49,318 nucleotides of DNA from Fonticula alba ATCC 38817. Taxonomy: Eukaryota; Protista; Nucleariida. The notes below the pieces were generated by a model. The model was not told the DNA's origin. It searched no databases and was given only the letters and a program-made list of their open reading frames with translations. Location of the stretch: assembly GCA_000388065.2 (NCBI GenBank), contig KB932201.1; one strand, written 5' to 3'. The position numbers were made by a program, and so were the translations under genes. Shown one piece after another: positions 1 to 11,600 of this stretch (its first letter is position 1; every line of letters begins with the position of its first letter).

Positions 1-67
1 CCCCTTTACATCGCGGTATCCCATCTGACCTTGCCCACTTCCCGGGCCCCTCGCACGCGGCACGCAG

Positions 68-768
68 GATCCCTGTCGACCTTTCTTCAGAAGAATCGCC
101 ACTCACTTATCCCCAGCATGCAGCAGGCGCAAAAGCTATCCCTTCGCAAGCGCCTGGCCCTGGGGGGTGATGGCGGTGCTGACGGCCCGCCGCCGACGCA
201 TTCGCGCGACGCGCCGCTCATCTCCCTCGAAGAAGCCATGCCCGGGTATTCGGAGGTCCTGGAGTCCATCCAGCTTGCCTCGAGCCTGTCCCTGGACAAG
301 GACTTCCCCGACACGCTGCATGAACACCTTGGCAGGCAGTCGCCATCGGCCGGCGGGCGTGGGCGCTCTGCCCCGGTGGCCGCCCCCTTGGTGGCCTCAC
401 AGGGCTCCTACGCCCTGCTGGCACGCGGCCCAGGCGCACGCATGAGCCAGTGGGAGTCCCTTTCCTCGCGAGACCAGCCCGGTGCCGGCTCCTCCTCGGG
501 CTCGAGGGGGGCCGCCGCGACGGCCGCCCCCCCATCGGGCCCCCGTCCGGCGGCCGGGGTTTGGAAGGCCCGCGCCCGGGCATCGGACCCGGCGGCCGGC
601 GTGGATCCGGCACCCGGCGGCCCCCCTCGGCCACACGGTGACTCGGTTTCCGAGGATCCGGGCGACGTCGGCACTGGCGGCCCGAGCAGCGGCCGTACTG
701 CCGCTCCGGCGGCACGGATTGGCCGCCAAAAGTCCCGTCAGACTGACCTGACCCATTTGTTCTTCTGA
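68..768 (+). CDS. Terminal exon of a gene starting upstream of the window; unknown protein with a helical-looking segment followed by a Gly/Ala/Pro/Ser low-complexity tail (ends ...RQKSRQTDLTHLFF*)
   Basis: CTGAC branch-like motif near 24-28 and acceptor ...CACGCAG at 61-67. Open frame 68-768 (2+699 nt) to TGA, followed by a pyrimidine-rich non-coding tract. No recognisable domain. Confidence 0.5.
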
Positions 769-1603
769 TTACGCTCGCCCCTTCCCCCTCCCCCCTTCCC
801 CTCCCCTTGGGTCCTCTCCTCTAACTTGCCCGGGAATCCGGCACCCTTTCCGTCCCTCCCCACTTGCTTTATCTTGTTTCTCCCTCCTCCTTTTCCCCTG
901 CCCCCGCCTTCGCTTTTCTCCCTGCCTCTCTCCATCAATACACCGTCCCCCCTCGCCTTTCATCCGAGATCTCCTATTTCCACATCTCCCTACTTCGTCG
1001 CAACCCCTCCCCCCCCCCCTGTCCTTCTCCCTCCTCCTTTCGGGGCGCGGCTCAGACAATGATGGAGTTGTTTAATATGATACAAAGTGAGCGGTGGGGG
1101 GGGGGGGAATGGCACATCTCCGCATACCCTAATGGGCTGTAGGAGCTGGGGTGTTCCCCGGGGAAAGTGTTGTTGCGCCATCCCGCGGGAGGGTGCATGC
1201 GCGTACATGGGCAAAGAGCGCAGAAATGCCGCGCTCTCGTTGCTTTGCCTCGAGAGCACGCACACATGCTGCTCGAGCAGGGCCGCATGCCGCATTGCCG
1301 AGACCCTGGCTGGCTCCACGCAGCCCGGCACATGCTGAGGCGTCTGGACGAGCACCTGCATGGTGAAGCGGTGTACAAATGGATGACCAGGGCGCTCAGG
1401 GGGGCGCGAGGGGCGAGGGGAGAGCGCGGGAGGGGGGGGACAATGCACAACACACCACGTCACTTGGGAAAGGCCCTCCCCGGAGATCGTGGTGGCCACA
1501 TTACAGCCCACTGCACTCGGCCCCTTCCTCTCCCTCTTCTCGGGGAATGTGGACATGCCTCTGGACGCATGTCCGTGGGGGTCCCTTCGGACGCCTACTT
1601 CCC

Positions 1604-3310
1604 TTAGAAGGGAGGGATATCTGCCTCCGGCAGGGAGGCATTGCGGATGTACTGGGTGAGCTCTTGGTCCGAAGGGCTGTCATCCTCATCGCCACTGATG
1701 GCACCTCGTCCGTCAGCGCGACCCAGCATGCTGTAGCCGTGGTCGAGGTCCGACTTGTGACTGCCATCATCGCCATGTGACTCGTCCAGGCTCAAGGCGG
1801 ACTTGTTGGCGGCCGGCGCTGCCGGTGCCGTTGTCGTCACATGGGCGAAGGCCGAGAATGACGACGACCGGGTGTCCGGTTGGCGGCCTGCACCGGGCCC
1901 CGGGGCCCCGGAACTCCCGGCGTCCGACCGGCCACCCACAGGCACACCCGCCTCGCGATCCTCCGTGTCGCGGCGCCGACGCGTGACCACCACCAGAACC
2001 ATCAAGGCCGCGGCGATGACCGACGCGCAGGAGGCCGCACACACGGCCACCATCTCGGTGAAGGTCATCCGCCGAGAGAAGGATTTCGGGTCGTCCTGCT
2101 TGAAGCTGCTGATGTTGAGCTGCTCATCGGAGATCTTGATCCGCCGGCCGGCCGGGCGCATGCGGGCTAACACACAGCCAAGAGGAAGCACAGCGCCGCG
2201 CGGGAGCGGGGGGGGGGGGGGCCAAAAGAAAGGCGCACAGACACGTAGACACACGGATTACGGCGGGGGTCAGACATCCACCCTGGCGGCGGCAAAGCCC
2301 TCAGGAGCCAGCTGCCGGGAGAAGTCGGCAAGTAAATTGCCCCGAGTGCCGCGCCACATAGCCGCCCACGCCCCTCCCCCTCTGGACTCCGGTCACTGGG
2401 GAGGGAGAGAGAGCAGAAGAAAGGAACGCCCCCCCCCCCTCCCCCAAACATGCGACCATGCCACCCCATGGGAAACGCACTGCGCTGCGCCAGCCGGTCA
2501 TCCGGCACACCATTGAAGCCGGCATACCCAACGGCAAGCTGCTCGGTGGGGAAGCGCGACCGCACCCTGGCGGCCCCATCGGGCGTGGTGGCGTCGCGTG
2601 GGGGGGAGTCCGACCGACGAGCCATGGCCCGGCCGTCGGTCGATTCATGCGTGTGCTCCGGGTGGTTGTTCTTTTGGCCATCCTCCTGGGCGTCCTCCAC
2701 CTGGGCCTCATCGGCGACATCGGCTTGATCGTCGCTGCGGAAGAAGATTGCCTGTGGCTGATGCCCGGGAGGGAAGTACAGAGCCCCGCCGCCGGTGTTG
2801 GGCATGATGGTGGCCCCGCCGAAGGGCGGTCCGGCAAACTGGGCACCCGGGGCCGCACTGTGGGCCATCGGCTGCTGGTAATACCGGCCGGCGGGCACCG
2901 GCATCGGGGCCGCGTATGGGGCCATCCCCTCGGCCATGTGCATCGGGTAGCCGCCGCCCGGCGGGGGATAATGCTGCTGGTATGCCGGGCCGGCAACCGG
3001 GGGCGGCGGTGGCGGCCCGTTGGCCGCGGGATTGGCCGTCACAAAGACATATTGCGACTGGGAGTTGTAGCCGTTCGCGGCGGCCGGAGCGGTGGCCGAG
3101 GCGCCGGGATTCGCATTGGCATTTGCGTTTGCATTGGCGTTGGAGTTGGCGTTGGAGTTGGAGTTGGAGTTGGAATTGGAGTTGGAGGTGGAGTTGCCTT
3201 GCGAGTTACCACCAGACGAGCCGGAGGACCCCTGGTTCGACTGGTTGCATGATCCGCACCCCGAAGAGGAGCACGGGCACACCACCACCACCGGGCTGGT
3301 CGGCTTGGGG

Positions 3311-3349
<39 letters not shown>

Positions 3350-4689
3350 AGTGGATGACGCGGCGGCTCCGGCACCGACGGCAGCAGGACGCCGAAGTCC
3401 CCGTGCTTCATGGCCTTCTTGAAGGCCTTCCGACTGTTGCCGCCATGGCGCCGGTGCTCCTCCTCCTCCTCCTCTTCCTCGCGGCCGCGCAGGCGGCCTG
3501 GGTCCTCGTGCGGTGGTAGATCCGCGATCGGGGCCGACGGCACCTGGACACCACCATCATTATCGCCATCGGCATCGTCATCGCTATCAGCATCCCCGTC
3601 GGTCAGCCCCCCTTGCTGGCCGCTCTCCGGGTCAAGGTCGGTGCCTTCGGAATCACTCGGGGCGTCACTCGTCTGGGAGCCTTCGGGCTCGGTGGCCGAA
3701 CCATCGACGGCACCGTCGCCTGCCCCGTGGCCGGGAGGACTTGAATCATCGCCGCTCGATGGGTCAGCGGGCAGGCTGTCCGAGGACTGATGCCCGGCCA
3801 AGCTCCCGTCCTTGGTCAGATCTGGCGGCGCCGAGCTCCGGACATCACGGCGAGACCGCATCAGCCGGACCAGCGCATCGGCCTCCATGCGCGCCGCGGC
3901 CAGTGGCTCCTCCTGGGAATCCCACCCATTCCGGAGCTGGTCGCGGCGTCCGCGCGTGAGGGTGACCGTCTCGGTGGTTCGCTCGAGACGCTCCTCAAGG
4001 CGGCCGGACACCCAATCGCCGGCGCTGTCGGCCGCGTCCGACAGCCAGTCGCCAGCATCGCTGGCCGCACCGCCGAGCCAGCTCCCGGCGTCGTCGATGG
4101 CCCCGCTGATCCAGCTCCCGGCATCGCGACCGACATCGCTAATCCAGTCCCCGGCGGCATCGAACCAGCCGGAGTCATCTTCACGGGCATCCTCGCGCCG
4201 GGGCCGCCGCGCGCCGCCAGCCGTCGAGGGAACGGTCGTCCCGCAGCGGATCACGCTGCCAGGGCCGGCTCGGTGGTTGTCACCGGCCTCCCGCCCGACT
4301 ACCTCCTCCTCCTCCTCCTCGTCATCGTCCTCGTCGTTGTCCTCGTCGTCCTCGTCGTCGTCCTCATCATCATCATCATCATCATCATCATCACGGCGAG
4401 GTGCGCGCTCGCGGGCCAGGTTGGCCAGCGCCCCGACAGCTTGCTTGGTTAGCTCGGACTGGGCCAAGTCCGCGATGTGCTGGGCCTCTTCCGATTCCAA
4501 TGCATCTTGGACGGTCTCCTGGATGTCCTGCGGGTCGGGCATGTTGTTGCGGGCCACTTCCTCGGCCAGGTGCTTCAGGACCGCCGGCGAACTGGGGCTC
4601 GAGTCCATGTGGGGGGAAGCCGTGGCGGACACCGCGGCCACCGAGGCCACGGCTGCGATGCCGCCGGTGATGACAAGCTTCCGGAGCAT
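1604..4689 (-). CDS. Large secretory/cell-surface low-complexity precursor, probably type-I single-pass membrane protein (~920 aa if exons 4689-2481 and 2166-1604 are joined directly)
   Basis: ATG at 4689 gives a signal-peptide-like start (MLRKLVITGGIAAVASVAAVSATA). The long exon ends at a GTGCGT donor (2480, phase 1). A TTAG acceptor (exon start 2166, phase 1) leads into a hydrophobic helix MVAVCAASCASVIAAALMVLVVVT followed by RRRR and a cytosolic-type tail. A middle exon near 2395-2260 cannot be excluded, and linkage of the two parts is inferred. Confidence 0.6.
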
Positions 4690-6324
4690 GGCGCTCTGCA
4701 GGGGGCAGCCGGCCAGCCAGATGTCCGTGTCCGGCCCGAGGTCCAACAAAAGAGGCAAAGGAGGCGCAGATATGGTAAGTTCACGGCCGATAGGACATTC
4801 AGATAGGGTGTGTCGGCGGGGACTGCCCTTTGGCCACCTCTCGGCCGGCAGGCCAGGGGCCAAGCGTCGGCGCCTGTCTGCCGGCACCGGCACACGGGGG
4901 TGTCTCAGGCTGCATGGGGGATAGCCAGCTCGGGGAGGGTGGATGTTGGCATGGCGAGTAGGGACACAGGAAGGCAAAGGGGCGGGGTAGCCTGCGCACG
5001 GGGCAATCTAGATGGAGGGATGTGCGTCTCTGGACACAGTATACCGGCGTGTCGCGACACGAAGGGCGGAAGCCAGGGCGGAACAGTGTGCGATGGGAGT
5101 GCAAAAGTGTCTTTCCCTTGGCCCTTCCCCGGGAGGCGGCCCGCTGGCGGCTTTTATGTTATCGGCACCTGAAGGCCGGTCCTGGCTTTCTACCAGCCAC
5201 CGGCATTCTCCTCCACTGGCGGACAGACAATGACGAGCCAAGAACGAAGGGCACCCGGGCTCTTGCTCGGGCGCACAGCCCCACCAGTCATGGTGAGGTG
5301 AGCCAGGGGCGGAGGCGGGGGGGGGGGGGGGGGGGGGGGGGAGGGGCGCGCACCCCGAGTGCCAGTCCCCTGCACTCATGCCACAGCAAAGAGAAGGAGT
5401 CATCGGCCCACCGGCAGAGGGGGCCATGCAGGGGGGTGTGTACGCTCGTCATCCGGGACGCCTCCGGTCGCCCCCCGTGTGTGTGCCCTCGGCTGCCCGA
5501 GGCTTTCGCCCGGAATCAGCACGCGCACTGACATCAGCGGCCATGGTGATTAGACGTGCGGGGCACCGGCACGGTCGATTCAAGGACAGATAGATGGCCG
5601 CAATGCATGGGCCAGATCGACCTGGAGGAGGAGGGGCTCCTCGCCACGGCGCTCCGATCTAGGGCATTGCCGCTCTCTCCCACTCTCTCTTGGCTCCTGC
5701 TCGTTTGTCTCTCTCACTTTCTTGGGCTGCTTCCGGCCTCCTCCTTCTCGCCGGCCCAGGCAAAGGGGGCCACCCGACGGGGGACAGAAAAAAACAAATC
5801 CCCCTTCCGCCCGATGGCATTTCAAGCCCACAATTCCACCTCCTTCGCGGGTCCCAACCGACCCTGTCCCACAGGATGCATGTGCCACATGGGCCAGCCC
5901 AATGGCCTCCACGACCGCCACCCGTCTCGGCCGCCCCCCCCCCCCCCGACACACATATACACACTCACACCCACACACCCACACACGACCAGAGAAGGAA
6001 GACCGAATGGGAAAACACGGCAAGAGAGAGAGAGAGAGAAAGAAAGAAAAATAGGCAGATAAGGATAAGTTAATGATGTATTCCATGAAGTGCAGACAGG
6101 CGAGACATCCGGAGCCATGGCGACACACAAGCACACACTCTCTCTTGCATGGCCACCACTTGGCTTCGGGTCTTGTCGATGCTGGGCCTTGTGGATGGTG
6201 GGCCCAATCGCCGGTCCATGTGCAGTGGGGGGACTACCATGTGTGCATGCGTGCACATAACACGCGGCATGCAACGCCCCCATGGCCGGCAAAATCAGCC
6301 ACAACCGGCAGCATGAGAGCGGCC

Positions 6325-7029
6325 TCAGGCGTCAAGGATATTCGCGCAGACCGTTGGCAGCCGCGGGCCCTGATAGCGCTGGCAAATTTGCCGGACAAAG
6401 TCCGCCACCGTCGACCCGTTGGGGCAGTTGTACCAGGACCCACCGTCGCGGACACACACAATCTCATCGTCGATAACCACGGTGCAGGACTTGCTGTGGG
6501 CGGCGGTTTTTTGTCGGGATTTTCCCCGGTCCATGAGAGATCCAAACAGGAAGGAGCAAAGTGTATGTGTGTGTGTGTGTGAGAAAACGCTTCTCCCCAC
6601 AATGGGACCCCCCGAGAACTTGCTCTGCACCGAGCACACGTCCGAGCTTTCACCCCCGGCCTGTCCGTCGGGCGATTGCCACGGTCGCCACCGCGCGAGC
6701 CCGCCCAGGCGCGCAGACTGGTGGCTATGTCCCCCCCCCCCTCGCAGCCAGCCACCCCCACGGGACGGGGGAACTTTGCAAAATGCCGGGCCTTGTCCAC
6801 AATCAAACCACCATTCTACGCACGTGATACCCCTCTCCTTGGTGCGCATGACCGACTCATGCAGCAGCTGGCCACCGTAGCCGTAGGGCTCGGTGCAGTT
6901 GCGGAAGGCGTCCATATTGAGATCGAGGTCGTTAGCGCACTCCAGGCCGTTTCCGGGGATGGCGCCGATGTTTTCGCCTGGAGGGGAGGTCAGACCGTAA
7001 GCGAAGGGGAGGATGGGTTAGTGGGAGAA

Positions 7030-7075
<46 letters not shown>

Positions 7076-7519
7076 AGAAGGCAAGGGAAAGGGGAGGGGA
7101 GGGGGGGGGGACAAGAGGCGGGCAAATGGAGCAAACGCACTCTGGCACAGAACAAAGTCGAACCAGCCATTGGGGTTGAAGCCGGAGTAGATGCTGTGCG
7201 CGCAAAGTTGCTGGATGTTCCCCTGGCACTCGCCGCCACCATGCATACAGCGAACACCACCGTGGGGCTCATACCGCGGGTCGGAGCTCGGGCTGCCGAT
7301 GTACTCGGTGTTGATGTCGGTGATTCGACCCACTTGGGTCAGGACGTCGGCGAAGACATTCTCACAATGCACCGCATCAGGGCACTGGGACATGACGTGC
7401 AGGGTGACCGGCACACGGGAGGGCCGCGGGACGCTGATGCACGCGACCGGTGTGGCCGACACGGCCAACAGGCCGACCGCCAGGAGGAGAAGGGCGGCAA
7501 GGCGCCGCATATCGGACAT
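6325..7519 (-). CDS. GILT: GILT-family (gamma-interferon-inducible lysosomal thiol reductase-like) protein; exons 7519-7141, 6977-6824, 6493-6325; 233 aa
   Basis: Signal peptide (MRRLAALLLLAVGLLAVSA), active-site region VTLHVMSQCPDA, GILT signature CMHGGGECQGN..QLCA, and C-terminal ITKSCTV...CVRDGGSWYNC. Two GTGCGT..CAG introns give a 702-nt in-frame CDS. Confidence 0.88.
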
Positions 7520-8449
7520 TGGAGGAAAAAGACTCGGGCAGAGGGGGGAAGGAGGAGAGGACAAAAAATAGGCCGGGAGGGAGGAAGAGAGAAGGGCTGC
7601 CTCGGCCTGGGGAGGGACTTGGCGCCTTTGAGGGCCGCCCCTTCAGTCAGAGACTGTCCTGCCGCCCGCCGGGGGCCATACCGGGGCATTCCGAGCGCCC
7701 AGGGGAATATCGGACCCGGGAGGGCAGCAGGGGATCCGCGGGGTGCCGCGGGGTGGGGGGGAGGGAGGGGCGGCGGATTGCCTGTCCATCAACTGTCCCC
7801 TGAAGTGAAGATGGCGGCCCCCTTCCTCCGGGGGAGGCTGGCAACTGCGTGGCCGCCACAGTCATGGTGTTGGTGTCCGGCACCAAGACCATCCCCCCCC
7901 CCCCCTCCCCCGGCCCAGGCCCTGCAGGCTCAGCATGTGTTTCCGGGCATATGCACATGCGCGACCACCCGCAATCCAGTCATCCAGTGAGGGAAAACAA
8001 GGAGGGGGCGGAGCACCGATCGGATTCCAGGGTGCCGGCAAAAAAATACGCACGCGTGTTGACCAGCACCGGGGGGGGGGGGGGGGCCGGGGAAGGGGCA
8101 AAGAAGGCCCCAACGCGTGAGAGCGCCCGGGGGTGGGGCTCGGAGTCGGCCGCGCAGGCCTGGGCCACGTCTGCTTACGCCACGCCAGTCGTCTCCGGGG
8201 GAGAAAGTGGGACAGGCGAACTGCCACCGGTGGTCGGTATGCGAGCGGGGGTGGCGTGATCCGACATGGTGGCGTGGCCTGGGGCCCGCGCGTGATATGG
8301 GCCCGCGCGCTTGCATGGCTCCCGCCGTGGATCGGATCGCACTGCCGTCCGGCTCCCACCCCTTCCGCCGGATCGACCCGTATGCCCCTCGCCCCACTCC
8401 TGCTTTTCGTCCCCTTTGTGTAAATGTGAATGTGTATGCGTGTGTGTGT

Positions 8450-8493
<44 letters not shown>

Positions 8494-8696
8494 CAGAGAG
8501 AGGGAGGGCCCCACAGTTCTTTGGTGACCATCCCAGAGAGCATGGTCAACGCGGCGAAGATCCACCCATGCTCCTAGCCTCCCCCCCCCCCCTTCCCTTT
8601 CTTTGTCTGCCCTCTCGCTTTCCCTTGTCATCTTCCACCCCCTGCCCGTCCCTCCCCGCGGCCCCAGCACATCGACTTGCTCCTCCTCCTCCGGCC

Positions 8697-11600
8697 ATGT
8701 CGCAGCCTCGCAAGCGGCACAACGTCAAGGGCCGCCAGCACAAGCGCGGTGACGTGCACGGTGTCGTGGTCACCGCCTCCGGCGCCAAGGTAACCATCGA
8801 CTCGAATGCCGCGGTTCTCGACGCCAATCTGATCAACGTGCGGCCCTGCCTCCTTCTTCGCCGATCCTCCCTCTCTCCATATTCACTGACCCCCTGCTGC
8901 TCCTCGTCCCTGCCAGACCTCGGTCAAGCAGGAACAGCAAAAGAAGAATGCCCAGAATGACCTCCCTCCCGAGAAGCGCATGACCTCCACGCAAAAGAAG
9001 CGCATGGAGAAGTATGTGGTACGTGGCCCGCGCTGTCTTCCTCCTGGCGTCGGTAGGCCCGACGCCCTCGCCTTTGCCTGCCTTGCCCCTCCTCGATGGT
9101 CTTTGCTGACAAGTCTCTGCCGCCGTCCTGCCATATCCATGCGCCTGTGCGCATGCACCCCCACACACACACACACAGCAAGCCCAACTGAAGAAGGAGG
9201 AGCGTGGCCGTCTTCTTGAGAAGCTCTCGTACGTTCGGCACATGTCCCCGTTGCCCCACGCGGCCTGTGCCTGATCGCTCGCTCACCCTCCCACTCGACA
9301 GTGCTTCGGCCACTCAGGGCTCTGCCGGGGTTACCCTGCAGGAGACCAAGCACCTTTCGCGTATGGTTCGTCCTCTCCTGCCCTCTGGCGCTCTGGCGCC
9401 GAAGCGCGGGACCCCAAACGCCACCTCTCTCTCTCCCCCTCTTTCTGGGCTTCCTCCCTGTGCTGACCCTCGTCCCATGCAAAGCTCAAGCCGAAGGTCG
9501 ACAAGAAGCGTGCCTTCGGGGAAATCGACTCGGCCAGCGAGTCGGAGGACGAGCCGGAGGACGATATGCCAGCCCTGCCGACCGTCCATCTGGAGACTGT
9601 GTCGGCGCCGCGCGAGGTGGCCGACTTCGCCATGACGCCAGCTGCCCCGGCTGCCGGGGCGCGTCCGGTCAATGTGGCCCGGATTGCGTCGGCCCAGCCG
9701 GCGCCCGCTCGGAGGTCAGAGCCGGCCACCGCTGCGGAGCCTACCCCTGCCCCGGCTCCGGCGACTGCCCCGGCGCCTGTCCCCGCGGCCGGTGTCCCCG
9801 CCACCGATGCCCCCATGGACACCGATGCCCCGGTCGTCGCGGCGCCACGCCTCATCTCCTCTACGTACGGCATCCCTCCGCATGCCTGCCTGAATGCTTC
9901 CTGCTCCTCCCCCGCTTGCCCGTGCTGACTGCCATGGTGCTGCTGCCGCCCCGCGGCCTCCCTTGCATATATTGGGTATGAGCAGCAAGACCCACCGGAA
10001 CAGCAGCGGCAAGGCCTTCTATGTGACGGTCAACCGGAAGGCCGAGATTCAGGAGGCCCGCATGCGGCTGCCGGTCTGCCATGAGGAGCAGCCCATCATG
10101 GAAAGCATCATGGAGAATGACATCGTGGTCATTTCCGGTGAGACCGGCTCCGGCAAGACGACGCAGGTCCCGCAGTTCCTCTATGAGGCGGGCTTTGGCC
10201 ATCCCGACAGCGGTACGTCCACACATCGCCCCTGTCCGGCCCCGTTGGGCCACTTCTCTCGCCAGACTCACGGCCTGGGACTGACGGGCTTGGCTCCTCT
10301 CTTGCCTCTCCTCGCCGACTCCATGTGCTGCCTTCTCCTTCGGTGCGAATGCCTGCCACACGGCCACAGACCGCCCCGGACGAATTGCCATCACCGAACC
10401 CCGCCGAGTGGCCGCCGTTAGTATGGCCAAGCGCGTGGCCGAAGAGATGAGCCTCTCGGACAAGAAGGTCTCGTACCAGGTGCGTCCCCCTGCTCCCGGC
10501 CCACCCTGGCCCGGCCCCATGGGTGCCCTCTCTCTCTCTCTCTCGCTGGCTCGCTCGTTCGCTCGGCTCCTTTCTCCTTCCCTCTCTTTCGCACCAGGGC
10601 CTTCTTTTTGCTGATCTCCGCCTCCTGTCCGACCTCCGGCCGGGGCTCGATAGATTCGTTACGAGGGCACGGTCAGCGACGAGACGTCCATCCTCTTCAT
10701 GACCGATGGTGTGCTGCTCAAGCAAATCTCCACGGATTTCCTGCTGACTGGCTACTCGGCCATCATTATCGATGAGGCGCACGAGCGCAACCTCAACACC
10801 GACATTTTGATCGGCCTCCTTTCGCGCATTGTTCCCCTGCGTCGGAAGATGATGGAGGAGCAGCGCCAAATGGGCCTGAAGAAGACCATCATGGTGCGTC
10901 TGATGCTTGACACGTTCGCCTCTTTTTTTTTTCCCCCTCCCAGGCACCCTCCTCCCTCGGCTTTCTCTTGTCATGATGCCCCATCCCGGGCGTTATCTCT
11001 GACATGGGTCCCTCTCGCCCCTCCTGACGTCTCTCCGCCCCCCCCCCGTAGCCCTTGAAGGTGATCATCATGTCGGCTACCATGCGCGTGGCTGATTTCA
11101 CCGAAAACACGCAGCTCTTCAAGACCCCGCCGCCGGTGATCAACGTTGACGCGCGCCAATTCCCGGTGCGACTTGCCCTGCCCCCTCTCTCCGCCGCCGC
11201 CTGCGACCTGATGCTGACCTCCTCCCCATGTAGGTCACCGTGCACTTCAACCGCCGTACCCCCCTCGACGGCCATGTCGACGCGGCCTTCAAGAAGATCT
11301 GCAAGATCAACCGGCGCCTGCCGCCAGGCGGTGCGTTCCTCCCATGCCTTCCCACATCTGCAGCCGCTTTCCTCTCTTGCCGGTGCCAACTCACGCATCG
11401 GTCCCCCCTTCAATGTCTCTTCTCTCCACCACCCCCGCCTCCCCTCCCCTCCACCTCCCTCCCTCCCTGTACACAGGCATCCTGGTGTTCCTGACTGGTC
11501 AGGACGAGATCACCGATCTGTGCAAGAAGCTGCGCAAGAAGTTCCCGGAAAAGGCTCTGACCAGCGATGCTGAGGAGTCGACCACTTCGGCCAACGCCCA

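Noticed and set aside
990-1556. Minus-strand ORF containing MQVLVQTP (ubiquitin-like start)
   Set aside because: The similarity does not extend beyond a few residues, there is no coherent splice model, and it is probably 3' UTR or intergenic sequence.
3092-4924. Long antisense/shifted ORFs (e.g. 3812-4924+, 15831-17180+, 17406-18611+, 31178-32755-, 32876-34648-, 43322-44209+)
   Set aside because: Shadow frames of real GC-rich genes on the opposite strand, where stop codons are scarce.
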